Below are positions 1 to 12,583 of a stretch of 64,000 nucleotides of DNA, piece by piece. The DNA is from Felis catus. Lineage: Eukaryota. The number at the start of each line of letters is the position of its first letter. Position 1 is the stretch's first letter. Location: contig NC_058368.1 in the NCBI RefSeq assembly GCF_018350175.1, forward strand, positions 130,326,001-130,390,000. The letters run 5' to 3'. Under the pieces are notes generated by a model, which did no database searches, was not told where the DNA came from, and saw only the letters and a program-made list of their open reading frames with translations. The position numbers were made by a program, and so were the translations under genes.

Positions 1-396
1 ACAGCATACTGTGGGGAGAGAAGGAGTTCCAGAAGTTGAGGAGAAAAAAGGCTCAAACAAGTATCAGCTAATTGAATGGCAGTGATGTAAAAGAAAGGGA
101 AATATCAGGGAAATGCCAGAAGCCACAAAAGCTAAGCAAATGGGGAGAAGACTGTAAAATAAATAAATGATATCATGTCTGGAAAAATATGGCCAGAGGA
201 CTTTGAGAAAGGATGGTTTATTTTCCTCAACTCTGATGTCCTGAGTTCATTAACATTATGTTTGGTCAAAAGCTCCTAAGAATTATTTCATTGGGATTAT
301 TAGTTTTTAAACTTGCCATTAATTTACTTCCCCTCCATTAACTCAAATAAGTTTTTACTCATTGGTTTATTTCACTTTTTTCAGATATGCTCTAAA

Positions 397-583
397 CCAG
401 AGGCTCTCACAGTATGGCCCCTGAACTGCTGCACTAGTATAATCTGGAAATTTGTAGAAATGCAAATTTTCAGGCTGAGTCTCAGACCTACTGGATTAGG
501 AACACAGCAGGTGGGGCTCAGCAATCTGCTTTCTTAAGGCCTCCAGAAAATTCTGATGTAAGCTCAAGTTTAAGAACTACTGG
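397..583. mobile_element. MER5A-like hAT-Charlie MITE fossil
   Basis: Motifs tgtagaaatgcaaatttt...cagacctactggattag...ggtggggctcagcaatctg...ttctgatg...aagtttaagaactactg resemble the recalled MER5A consensus over about 190 bp. Confidence 0.8.
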
Positions 584-2045
584 TTAAAATATAAAAAACT
601 GTCTTCAAGGATGCTAACTTTCAGTGTTTCATACCAAAATTTTCATTTCTTGAGTTCCTATTAGAGGTTGCTGAGTCTAATGCCTAGTCCCTTGATTCTT
701 GTCTTTTTATTTTGCGGTATTTCTCTACCCACTTGTGGTATGTGAATCTCTTTTCTGCTCCCAAAAGAATAAACAGAATTTTTATCCTTGTCTGCTAAGT
801 GGAAGTACAAAAAGTTTTTCTAGTTTTTCTGGTCTTTTGTATCTTGGTGTTGTCCTTAAAATGAATTCAATTTCCTTACTGGTCTGAAGCACACACAAAA
901 TTCTTATTTGGGGGGATTTGATATATTGCAAATGTCCCTTGGGTTCATTTCAATTGAATTTATAATCAGGTTCTCTAATACACTCATGCTGGGGAGTGAC
1001 TCTCTCAGCCTTTTGAAGTGATGCTCCTTAAATCTTCCTTGAAGGGATCCTCTTAGAGAAGCCATTTATATTTGATCATTCTTGTTCATACTATCTGGTA
1101 GTTTTCATGAAACATAAAACAGAATCACCAGTGGTATTGACTTCCTTTCAGTGTCCCCTTCCTTCCCTCTATATTACTGGAAAATTTTAGCCCAATATTA
1201 TTATATTCTTCTTCTTATATTCTGTTTGTAAGACATGTCAGATATATTCTCCATGTGTATTACAGATTTCTTTCTACATTCAGTAATGAGGAAAGGATGG
1301 GCTGAATGCAATAGGAGGATAGGTTTGTTAGTTGAAAGCTAAGGGATTTCTGATGGCTCTAATTTTCCCTGTGGAGTAGGAAGTGAGGTCATCCATTGGC
1401 AACTGGGGCAGGAGGTAGTGGAGTGAATTGGAGACATGGAGAAATACGGCCTGATAGGTGGTTAAAATATGTAAATAGTCCTAAGCCATGCTGAGTCTCC
1501 ATTTGCTCTGTTTCTGTGCCCTACCTTTATCCAGTACCTCCAGATTGTTCCCATGATCCAGCATTTAGAGGATAGCTGTCTGGCACTGAGGCTACCTATG
1601 ACCTCTTTTCTGATCAGTGTATGGCCATTTTTTACTGGTAGTTAAGTATTTTGAAGATTACCATGTTTAGAGATTTTAATGAGAGAGGAAACATTTGGCA
1701 CTGATGTTATATAGAGGGGGACAGTGAAATGACCTCAGAAATGCAGTACCATTCCTGAAGGCTCTTTCACTGGTTCAATTGCTGGTGGTCATTGTGAATG
1801 TATGGTCTTCATCATTATGGGATTTCCTCAGGTTCAGGCAAGGAGAAAGCAGATAGTTAAGTCCATCAGGGGTTGGGGGTTTAGAAGAAGAGTTCAATGA
1901 AAAGATAAAGAGGCAGAAAATAATTCATATATTATATCAAGAAAAGTTTGTGAAAAAAATAAAATGAATAAAATTAGGGTGTTCTTTCAATGGAAGCTTG
2001 AAGATGTCTAAAGTACTCTTCTAGGGGTTTTCTCAATAGATGAAT

Positions 2046-2236
2046 TAAAAAAATTGTTTAATGTTTATTTTTTAAAGAGAGAGAGAGCGAGCAGGGGTGA
2101 GGCAGAGAGAGAGGAGACACAGAATTCAAAGCGGGCTCCAGGCTTTGAGCTGTCAGCACAGAGCCCAACAAGGGGCTGGAACTCACTAATAGCAAGAAGT
2201 CGGATGATTAACCAACTGAGCCATCCAGGTGCCCCC
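2046..2236 (-). mobile_element. CAN-SINE (SINEC) with short internal deletion
   Basis: tttaatgtttatt, (GA)n, gagacacagaattcaaagcgggctccaggc...ctgagccatccaggtgcccc is the reverse complement of SINEC; the atcatgacctgagc segment is missing. Confidence 0.93.
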
Positions 2237-2673
2237 AATCCATCAATTTTTATCATTCCTTATCTTTGAGCTACTTTACAACTTGGACAGTTGTATAAAA
2301 CTGATGGTAATGAATATTTTTTTGTCCATAAAGCTGCAAACTAATTTTGTTCAGTGGAGCTATAATTTGTGCTTATCATGTGGATATGTATTAGTTTTGT
2401 ATCTTTTAGCATATTTATTTCAGCATTCTTGATTGCCCACATATATGTTTGTTCTTCGGATTCTCCTTTGAATTGACTTTATATATCTTACTGGGTTCCT
2501 CATTAATTAATGAGTTAAGTAAAATCTTTGAAATGAAACATGTTCGTTTTATGTTTGCATGTGAGTCATGAATATATGTGTTATATAAAAATAGGTCTAT
2601 AAAGTATATATGGAAAAAATGATATAAAATGTTCATATGCACAAAGAGAATAACAAAAAGTTTAAGCTTCTCT

Positions 2674-3214
2674 TTTTTTTTCAATATATGAAATTTATTG
2701 TCAAATTGGTTTCCATACAACACCCAGTGCTCATCCCAAAAGGTGCCCTCCTCAATACCCATCACCCACCCTCCCCTCCCTCCCACCCCCCATCAACCCT
2801 CAGTTTGTTCTCAGTTTTTAAGAGTCTCTTATGCTTTGGCTCTCTTCCGCTCTAACCTCTTGTTTTTTTTTTTTTTTCTTTCCCCTCCCCCATAGGTTTC
2901 TGTTAAGTTTCTCAGGATCCACATAAGAGTGAAACCATATGGTATCTGTCTTTCTCTGTATGGCTTATTTCACTTAGCATCACACTCTCCAGTTCCATCC
3001 ACGTTGCTACAAAGGGCCATATTTCATTTTTTCTCATTGCCACGTAGTACTCCATTGTGTATATAAACCACAATTTCTTTATCCATTCATCAGTTGATGG
3101 ACATTTAGGCTCTTTCCATAGTTTGGCTATTGTTGAGAGTGCTGCTATAAACATTGGGGTACAAGTGCCCCTATGCATCAGTACTCCTGTATCCGTTGGG
3201 TAAATTCCTGGCAG
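2674..3214 (-). mobile_element. 5'-truncated felid-type LINE-1 (ORF2 end, 3'UTR, polyA)
   Basis: Contains the L1 ORF2 C-terminus, a G-rich 3'UTR and a poly(T) on +. TSD ttaagctt(c/g)tcttttt at 2662-2677 and 3215-3230. Confidence 0.96.
2912..3212 (-). pseudogene. LINE-1 ORF2 C-terminal fragment
   Basis: Reads GIYPTDTGVLMHRGTCTPMFIAALSTIAKLWKEPKCPSTDEWIKKLWFIYTMEYY...SLLCGS*, a typical L1 ORF2 end. Non-functional because it is 5'-truncated. Confidence 0.93.
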
Positions 3215-3261
3215 TTAAGCTTGTCTTTTTTCTACTGGTCAGGCTGGAATTGTCTATCAAT

Positions 3262-3340
3262 AGATGCATTTATTCATTCATTCAATTGCTCATTCAGTAG
3301 ATCTTTACGGAACACTTACCATGTGCTAGGTCTTGAGTTT
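3262..3340 (-). mobile_element. L2 3' end fragment
   Basis: attcattcattcaa...aacacttaccatgtgctagg resembles an L2 tail. Confidence 0.55.
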
Positions 3341-3468
3341 GTTTTCATGTCTCTATGGACAGTTCACACCCTGACCTCTTAACTCCATTCGTTGTTCTGA
3401 CATCCTTTTGCATCCATCACTTGCTAGTGTAAGTTGTTTGGTACATTCTGCCAGGGGGGTTGTGAAAC

Positions 3469-3501
<33 letters not shown>

Positions 3502-4526
3502 GTGGGAGGCGGGGGGAATAGCCCTGGGACCAGAACCTATACCTCTTCATTTATGGCTGAGTGCCCTCTTCATTTCTCCTTGTAGTGCTCCTTCCTGGGG
3601 TGGCTGTGTCAAATATTTATCTATTTACTTTGCCTTCTAAAAAGGCAGAATGAAGCTGTATTGGTCAGGGGAAGTTTACATGAATAAAATAAGTAAGAGA
3701 GTTCTGTTAATTTTACCAAGAACATGACAGAAGGTGCAGTGAAGTCAGAATAGCTGAGCAGAGGGGTTTTTGTGTACTTTCTGAACATTTGCTCTTTTGG
3801 CCATTTTTCTCAGAGACCTATTTGCTTCTCTTTGCAGACTGGCTCGATCCATTTATATTCATTTGAATGTTTGTTTCTCTTTTCCCTTGTTCATTTTCTC
3901 TGCAGCCTTCAGTCATTCCTGACAAGGTGATTTTAGCCTCATTTTCTGTTGGTTCTTATTTCATTTTCTTCCAAGAGATGAAAAATTCTACTTTAACTGG
4001 AACAAAAAGTAGACTACTTCACAAAACTTTCAGTCTTACAGACTGGAGAAAAGATTTGTGGTTCTATATTAGGAAAAATGGAGAGACTCTTGAACATAAA
4101 ATAGACATAAGTGATTATCTCTATTAAGAGATAGAAGAAAGTGTGCTCTAATTAGTACTATTGTCAGCTAAATACAATCTGTATATATTATCTTCAAATT
4201 AAAATACTCCAGAAATCTTAAAAATTAGGTGTTCGTATTTAATCTTGTAGTAATAACATTTATCTAATTTGTTCAAGACCAAAATGAAATCCTCTCAGGT
4301 CTTTCTGATGAAAGTCCTGAAAATAAATTGCACTTGAGAATTGTGTTCTTTTACAAGTACAGAAACAGACTCTTCAAAAACATACAACATGCTTTGAATA
4401 TTTCACCCAAGTGCAAATTGGCTTTGAAAAAAATATTAGCTACTCAGAAATGAATTTAAGAACTGAGTCTAATTGAGATTTTAAGAATTTCACAGTCACA
4501 TCTGTTATGATTTTCTTTTTGTGGCA

Positions 4527-4531
<5 letters not shown>

Positions 4532-4581
<50 letters not shown>
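4532..4581. repeat. (AT)25 microsatellite
   Basis: Pure AT dinucleotide run seen directly. Confidence 0.97.
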
Positions 4582-4585
<4 letters not shown>

Positions 4586-4799
4586 TTTTGTTTTTTCAAC
4601 GTTTATTTATTTTTGGGACGGAGAGAGACAGAGCATGAACGGGGGAGGGGCAGAGAGAGAGGGAGACACAGAATCAGAAACAGGCTCCAGGCTCCGAGCC
4701 ATCAGCCCAGAGCCCGACGCGGGGCTCGAACTCACGGACCGCGAGATCGTGACCTGGCTGAAGTCGGACGCTTAACCGACTGCGCCACCCAGGCGCCTC
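4582..4799 (-). mobile_element. Young felid-type SINEC
   Basis: CpG-rich intact body with gagccatcagcccagagcc and cctggctgaag variants. TSD tgtggcaatttcatatatat at 4520-4539 and 4801-4820. Confidence 0.97.
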
Positions 4800-5572
4800 A
4801 TGTGGCAATTTCATATATATTTAAAGATAGACCTAAGTTGAAACTCCAGATAAGTGAGGATTTATTGAGTAAGATGACTGGTTTAAAGAGTTCATGGAAA
4901 ACATGTTTTGAAGAAAAACATGGCCTATATTGGAAAACTTAGGAATTATTTAGCAAGAATAAGTATATAAAGAAAAGCCAGTGGCCCCTATCAAGCTTAT
5001 CCAAGGCTGCAGGGATTGATTTTTTCCAGTGCTCCACTTAGGTAGGTGGAGAATTACACATGGCCCTGATAAAGCTTCAGCAGAGGAAGCCAATTAATCA
5101 CATCTCCTTTGTAGTTTCCTTTTTCTTGAAACAGTTCACCTCCTTCCTATATGCTCCCTACAATCTCTGATGGTCAGGCATATGCTCAGGGAAAGACTCA
5201 CAGAAAATGGATCCTGGGTCAGATTAATTCTGCCTACTTTGAAATGAATGCAGCAGTTCCTTCAAGAGAACTCGTTTCCAAGACCTTGAACTAAGCTGTT
5301 CTGAATTATCCCTTTTGCTACTGAAGTAACCATTACCCTCTTCCACCCCCTAGTTTAATTCTTAAAAAAAAAAATAGAAATTACTTATATATACTCTTCC
5401 TTTGGTGACAAATTTTAGATATAGGTAAAGTCTGATTTAAATATTTAAATAGAGTGGTAGGGGTATGGGGAATCAGGTCTGAGAGACCCTGAGGAGGAAA
5501 AGCAGTGAAAATTCATATTTGGCCTGATAGTACATGGCTGGAAGATATAACTATAATGATTTAAGGTCTTCA

Positions 5573-5690
5573 GGGGGCATCTGTGTGGCCCCGTGGGTTA
5601 AGCATCTACTCTTGATTTCAGCTCAGGTCATGATCTCCTAGTTTGTGGAATTGAGTCCTGCACTGGGCTCAGCACTGACATCTTGAGAGT
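5573..5690 (+). mobile_element. 3'-truncated SINEC (head only)
   Basis: ggggcatctgtgtggc...ttaagcatctactcttgatttcagctcaggtcatgatctc...cactgaca; no (CT)n tract or polyA follows. Confidence 0.85.
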
Positions 5691-5694
5691 CTCT

Positions 5695-5860
5695 CTGCAA
5701 CCTTATGGGTAGGTAGGTCTTCCTCTTACTCCCAGTTTACAAGTGAGGACTCGCAGGTACAGAGAGGTCTCCTTGCCTAGGGTCACAGATTAGTGAAGAA
5801 AAGAGATGGTGTTTGAATCCAAGGACTGTGGTTCCCACTCCACAATCTTAACCACATGTA
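5695..5860 (-). mobile_element. MIR SINE fossil
   Basis: cccagtttacaagtgaggac...cacagattagt...tttgaatccaagg matches the MIR core. Confidence 0.75.
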
Positions 5861-7397
5861 AACTATCTACTTGCTGTCAGAAGAATTGCAGTGATTCCCA
5901 TGAAGCAGCGATTTAACTAGAGCAATGTGCAAACTGTCCAGAGATGGTCATGAGTAAAGGAGGAAATAATCTAACAACAAGCAATGGGGATTGGCACAAG
6001 TATCATTTAAGGCTCCAGGTATTTAGAATGATAAAGTCACAAATGTGAAGATGGTAGCTGCTCTAAACCAAGGGTTAATATGTGGTTTTACCTCAAAAAC
6101 TTTAAGGTATCTTTATTTTTTCTGCCCTAGTGTTCTTTTCAGAAGTTATGTTTATAAAACCTTTCAAACTCTTAGCTTAAAAGTGCATATACTCTGACAA
6201 ATAACATTTCCTTTTGAAGTGACAGTTTTAGAGGAGTTTAAAGTGAATGTTTGAGCTAAAGTGTGTCTTAAAAATACCATGACAGACCAGAGGCAGAAAT
6301 GCTAGTAGGTCAAAACAAGGATATGGGAATGCTTTAGAGACAGTGGCAGGCACTGAATTATTTAGAGGTGAGGGGCATTGCATTTGTACCAGGACTTTTC
6401 TAGATTTCCCATACTTTCTCTTCCCCAGGTGATTTGAAAGAAAACTCTGAAATGGAGGTGCTGATAATTGAAAATAATGACATATAATTGAGTCCCAGTG
6501 ATCAAAACACCCCTCACCAACTTAGAATGGCCATTTTCCTCTTCAAAGGATATATCTAGATAAAAATGTGGGTTTGTTGGTTTAGTCCAATTATTTTCAA
6601 TCACTTTCAAATCAACTCTAGGCTTCTTTCTTCAAAGAATCCTAATATGATAACACACAAAACCTCGCTGTTCAAGCTAATGGTGAGGTGGGGGTGGAAA
6701 GTCTGTTTGGGTGGCAACCAGTCCCTTCCTTTTAGAGACAGCCTATCTGTCCTGAAGGCAACCCAGACATTTCACGTGGAATTGAAAGCACATTTGATAA
6801 ACTTCTGCTTTAGCTTGTTGTTGTAAACTGTGGCTAAAATGTTGAAATAATAAGGCATAAAAGGTATTATGTACCTTCAGTCTCCCATTTTGAAAAATAG
6901 GCCTGTTTAGGTTTTGCCAAACCAGTACCTTTTGAATACTATTTTTATTCAAAGTAGGCTAAATTCATGTTCTCTAAAATCTATTGGTAAAGAACATCGT
7001 ATTGATTTTTCTTGATTCAGTTCCATTTAGTAGATAATATCTTTCTTTTGCATTCTTTGTGGCACCAACACTTACAGAATTTATAAAGCTGTCTAGACAG
7101 CAAGAAACAAATATGCTGCAGTTACTTTGAGCTTGAATCTATCCTATAGTTTTTTTTCCACTTGAAGAGACTGAACATATTGTGTTATTTGTAATAAAAC
7201 CTAGCATTATTGGAAAGAATGCCAGTCCTAAGAACCAAATAAGTCAAATGATCTATTGTCTTTCTTCTTTTTTTTACATCATTTTTCTTTTCAAGCATTT
7301 TTTCATCTACTGAGAAAACTCTAGGGAGAACTCTGGGTCCCCATCTAGTCCGCAGTTTTGAGTTCTGAAATGAAGGTGTTCTCAAATAGATGATTTA

Positions 7398-7625
7398 ATC
7401 ATTTGACATATGTTTATAACACCTGCCTCTTGCCAGGCACTAAGCTCTGCCCTAATATTACAGTGATGTGAAAACCTGAAGGGGTTCATTGTTCCTGCCC
7501 TCATGGAATTTAGACTAGGTGGGGAGACATATTTATAGAATCACATGATATTAAATTATAAATTGTGACAAATGTTATGAAGGAAAGTATAGAAAAGAAT
7601 AAAATCGTGTACTAGAGACATCTAA
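7398..7625 (-). mobile_element. L2 3' region fossil
   Basis: tgccaggcact...cctgccctcatggaatttagactag...ggggagac. Confidence 0.7.
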
Positions 7626-8794
7626 TTTGGTCACTGGAAAATGAAAATTCTGTCTGTGGGACTGATGTTGGCTCACTTAATTTAAAGTTGGAGTATTAGG
7701 ATCTTGGAGAACTGAAAGTCAAGAAGTTTCTCACATGGAATAGATCCTCAAGAAAAGATAAGGTCTTTAGGAAAAACCTGGAGTTTGGAAGTCCCCCCCA
7801 TTGTACTTTTCTAATGTTTGTAAGAAGGAATAGAAGCTACTTTTTGAGACAAGGAAGAATCTAAATGAGTTGTGGATTTTTTCTTCTAGCATATAGAAAT
7901 CATAATGTCTCAGCAAAATTGCCGATAGGAAATTCCTCCCAACTGAATTTAGTGTTGGCATATGCTGGGCTCCAGACTGCACCCTGATAAAAGTGAAACT
8001 GTAGTATGTTTTCTATTTTCTGTTTTTCTATTCCTTTTGTTCTACCACATTCTTATAGATTACACTGCATTTATTTAGATGTGGCCTATGGCTCTAAATT
8101 CCAATGTGGTGCCAGGTTCTTGTCTGTGCTTTTGTTTGAGAAGTGATTTTGTATGTGTTAGTTGATTCTTGAATTGTAAGTTCCTTCCACCTTTACCTAC
8201 AGGCTGTTCTAGGGATTTGCTTGGGTTTGTTAAATTCTCTAAGATTGGAGCCAAGGCTATGATAAATTTATGTTTTCTATTGACTCTCTTTAAATTGAGC
8301 AAATGGGTCATGGAACATTCAGGCTTAGAAAAATCATGAGTGGAGGAGCTAAAGAAACATATTTTTGGCAGAAAATGTCCTTGCCTGTGTCTGCTGAAGC
8401 TAGGACCCAGATTTTAGCTGGCCAAGGTTAAAAGCTTCTGATGGAAATGAGCAAAGTAAGAAGTACAAAGAACTAGGGGAAGAGATATGTTTTCATATAT
8501 ATTTGAAGATATTCATTTTCTGTAGGTCAGTAGAAGAGGAATCTGGAAAAAAAATTAAATTGATAATGTGAAATTTTTTTATCATCAAAATTTCAGGCAT
8601 TTGGACAAAAATAATGAGATTTGGCTATTTATATCCTTGAGGTTATGTTTTCTGAGTTATCTTTATACTTGGTTTACATCATTTAACCCTTTCAGGTATG
8701 CTTAGGAAATGTGATGAAAACATGTCCCCGAATGTGAACAATGTGGGCTTCAGTCCTGACTCATAGGCTCCTACAAAAATAACACGGTTTAAAA

Positions 8795-9028
8795 AATTTG
8801 GTTTTTTAAAATATTTTTTAAATTATTCTTTTTTAATGTTTATTTAATGAGATAGAGAGCGTGAGCAGGGGAGGGGCAGAGAGAGAGAGGGAGACACTGA
8901 ATCCGAAGCAGGCTCCAGGCTCTAAGCCATCCACACAGAGCCTGACACAGGGCTTGAAGCCATGAACCGTGAGATCATGACCTGAGCCGAAGTTGGATGC
9001 TTTACCGACTGAGCAACCCAGACGCCCC
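8795..9028 (-). mobile_element. SINEC
   Basis: Full reverse-complement SINEC with degenerate TSD aaca(c/t)ggttt. Confidence 0.95.
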
Positions 9029-10617
9029 AAAAACATGGTTTTAAATCGAGAGTGGTTCTACCTAGCTGTTGATTGGCTATATATAGAGTCAATGTCAGGA
9101 TTTGGAAAATCAGGAAAAAGAACAAAGTATGATATATTACTGGCCTTCAGGCCCCCTTTCACCCTTTTGTCATGCATGGGTCAAAATTACAGGCAAGGAC
9201 ATTTACTGAACCAAAGTGCTACAGCTTTTTGGTGGGATGCTGACTTGGGCTTCATGACTAGCTTGTAATATAGATATCTGACATTTTTCTCGAGCCTCTA
9301 TATCCCCTTCCTTTTGTCATGAGATCCCTTCCCAAGGGAGATTACTCTTCCTTCATTCTGTATGATCTGTGTAAAATGGTCACTCGAGATGCACCAGCTC
9401 TCTAATGGTAAGCCCTGACTCAAGCAAGAACAGTGGAATGCCTCCTGGGAATTTGAATTTAGGCCAATGCTCCTTTTCCTGCACCGTTAAGACACACATG
9501 ATTGCAGGTGAGAGTGGACCCTCCTATTAGGAAATGTTATTAAATTGATTTTAAAAACTGTTGAGGGAAGAATGATTCCAGGATAGCAAAGTGTTGGAGT
9601 GGAATCATTTTAAATATTAGAGACGTATAGAGACCCTCTCTAAGATGCTGCTCCCCAGATACTCAGGGCCATCCTAATTCCTGTCCTTTCTAAGGATTTT
9701 GTGCAGTTCATTTCCCTCCTGTGTGGTTACATTAGGCAGGGTATGTTTGGATTGTTGTGATGAGAGCCTTGACTAACTGGTATGCTTTTGTTATTTCTGT
9801 TAGGGTTGACTTTCTTTGGATGGATGTCTTTGGCTTGCTCTTCTCATGCCTCTGGAGTGTATGCCCTCCTGGAAGAGGGCTCTGGAAAAGGGCAAAGGGA
9901 CGGCCAGACTGGAATTGAGAATAATCTTTGGGCCAGAGGCACCAAAGGAGTCACTTGGCCTCCACATAGTCTAGTTCTGATTGTCAGAACTAGAAAGGGC
10001 TAGAGGTTCTTTAACAGGACTTGAGGCACATCCATTTAGCAACAACAAAAATGAACATTTGCCCTGCCTGTCTCTTTGCACATATTTTGCTATGAATTTG
10101 TAGTGGTGCTAGGTGTCCAGTTGAGGTGGAAGAATTGTAACCAAATATCACTGAAGATGTGACATAATCAAACCATTATCTTGAATGATGTCACAAAACT
10201 TGAGATCAGGAGGGTCCATATTTTGGTCCATATTTTCACCTTACGTAGGCATAAACGACTGCTCAGAGTCTACACTATGATGGTGTCAGGGCAGAACTCG
10301 GGCCACGTAGCTCTGTCTCCTGTGTTATTGAGGCCACATCATACATTTTGATTCACTGTGGATTAAAGTTCTGTTTTAGAGATTTTAAAATTAGACTGGC
10401 TTTTGGGAAGAAGTTGCTTGTTAAGTGCACTTAGTCCCTGCCCTCACATACTGTGAATAATCCATTTATGTTGTTGTAAGTAGTTGCTTGCAAATGTTAT
10501 CTTGAGCTATATAAGATTGCTGTTTGGTAGGTGAAAAACAGTTAAGTATTTCAAGTGACTGAACCCATACCATTGAGAGGCTGATCTCATCTCTTACTAC
10601 TGCTGCCTCACTAAGCA

Positions 10618-11050
10618 GCACTGACCTTCCTCCCTGTCTTCACGTTGTTCTGGCCTCAGGGCCTTTGAACTTTGTTTTTCTTCTATCTTGGTTTTTCTTC
10701 TTTCAGATAGTGTCTCCCATCCTCACTTTCTTCAGAAATTTTATACAAATATTACTTTCTCAAAGAGGCCTTCATTCACTATGCAGTCTAAAATTTCAGC
10801 CCCCTGACCAAGCACACATTTTTTAACCCTTTCTCTGCTTCCTTTTTTTTTCCCAATTAAAGCTCACCACCATGTTACATATTATACACAGCTGTTATTT
10901 TTGTTTATTGTGTATCTCTGTCTTACAGTATAAGTTCCAAGTAGGTAGGGATTTTAGTTTATTTTGTTCACTGTTCTTTCTCCAGCATCGAAAATAGTGC
11001 TTGACACACAATGAAATGTTCAACAGTATATGCTGAATAAATGAGTGTGA
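10618..11050 (+). mobile_element. L2 3' end fossil
   Basis: gcctcagggcctttgaac...taagttccaagtaggtagggatttt...tttgttcactg...tgaataaatga. Confidence 0.8.
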
Positions 11051-11756
11051 ACTGACAGGTAGCTGACAATATCCATGGGCCTAGATCTTTGAAAATACCA
11101 CGCTGGGAATTTTCACTCTGTTTTGTGCCACAAAAGGGACTGTGGAGATCTCTGTGGCTATGGCACAGGGAATGAGGCAGAGGCCAAGAAGACAAAATTG
11201 TTACCTACTTCTTTTCTGTTCAAACAGGCCAACTCAGCTTTTGTCTCTTATATGCTGGGTTTCTGGTAAGATAGCATTAGGAAAAAGGTTTGTGCAAATA
11301 ATAACAATTTGAAGCCACTGATTTGGGATAACCGGAAAAACATGTTTGTAAGTCATCATGTAGTTTTGAGCCTTAAGGTACTGTGATTATCAGTGTCTTG
11401 TCACTACCCCACAAAGAGAGTGTAAACGGGCTTTTGTTGGAGTTAGCTGCAGAAGTGTCAAATTCAATGAGCTTCACATTTGACAGATTTTTAAAAAAAA
11501 TATTCTTGAAATGTGAAAGTTACTTTGTTTTAAGGAATAAGTTGTTCAAAAAAAACCCTCTCCCTCATTCCTAGGTATATTAGTCTATATTAACCTGGTG
11601 CTGAAAATCCTTATTGGGGAAAGGGGACCACAGTGTTACTTCAGTATTTACTTTTTGCATGGAAATTGACCTAAGTGCTATACTGGCCAGGAGCCAGTAA
11701 GCGGGTATTAGGAATAACAGGACTTAGTCCACATTTTCAAAAATTCATGTATTTTC

Positions 11757-11982
11757 TTTTTTTCTTTTTTTTAAATTTTAAATGTTTATTTATTTTTGAG
11801 AAAAAGAGACACAGCATGAATGGGGGAGGGGCAGAGAGAGAAGGAAACACAGAATCTGAAGCAGGCTCCAGGCTCTGAGCTGTCAGCACAGAGTCCAACT
11901 TGGGGCCCGAACTCACAAACTATGAGATCATGACCTGAACCAAAGTTGGACTCTTAACCGACTGAGCCACCCAGGCGCCCCC
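11757..11982 (-). mobile_element. SINEC
   Basis: Full body with perfect 17-bp TSD aaaattcatgtattttc at 11740-11756 and 11983-11999. Confidence 0.97.
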
Positions 11983-12194
11983 AAAATTCATGTATTTTCA
12001 ACACATGTCTCAACGCATAAATGACATGAAAATTGTGAAGCCCCCAGTGTAAAGATTTTAGAAGAATCTCTATGAAGCAAGATGGTGAATCATGCAGAGA
12101 GGGTAATCAGAAGAGATGTCTGTCTCATTTTGTTCTTCCAGTAACCTGGCCCAGAACCCCACCTCATGGCTGTCACTGAGTCATTTAACAAGCT

Positions 12195-12330
12195 GACTTG
12201 TCATCTGAGGGAATACCGGCCACAGATGTACAGTACAGGGTCACACAGCTAAATAGTAAGGAGGGTTAGGATTAGGACACAGATCAACAAGTGTTGCCTT
12301 GATCTCCTGTTTCTCCATTATACACTGTTT
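12195..12330 (-). mobile_element. MIR fossil
   Basis: agggtcacacagctaaatagt...ggattaggacacag...ccattatacactg. Confidence 0.55.
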
Positions 12331-12356
12331 CCCTCTTAAAAATCCTTCAAAAGCGA

Positions 12357-12583
12357 TGAGGTGCGTAGGTGGCTCAGCAGGTTAAGCATCTGAATTAGGC
12401 TCAGGTCATGATCTCGCGGTTTGTGAGTTCGAGCCCTGAATTGGGCTCTGTGTTGACAGCCGAGAGCCTGGAACCTGCTTCAGATTCTGTCTGTCTGTCT
12501 GTCTCTCTATTCCTCCCCCATTCATGCTTTGTCTCTGTCTCTCTCTCAAAAATAAAAAAAAAAAAACATTAAACAAATTAAAA
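12357..12583 (+). mobile_element. SINEC
   Basis: Head, (CT)-rich tract and aataaa/A tail. TSD aaaaatccttcaaaag at 12338-12353 and 12584-12599. Confidence 0.96.

Noticed and set aside
3471..3516. T30 run as the tail of a processed pseudogene
   Set aside because: No recognisable retrocopy body or TSD adjoins it, so I treated it as a homopolymer.
10213..10236. ggtccatatttt duplicated, as a CArG box
   Set aside because: The junction gives CC(A/T)7GG rather than CC(A/T)6GG; it is just a 12-bp duplication.
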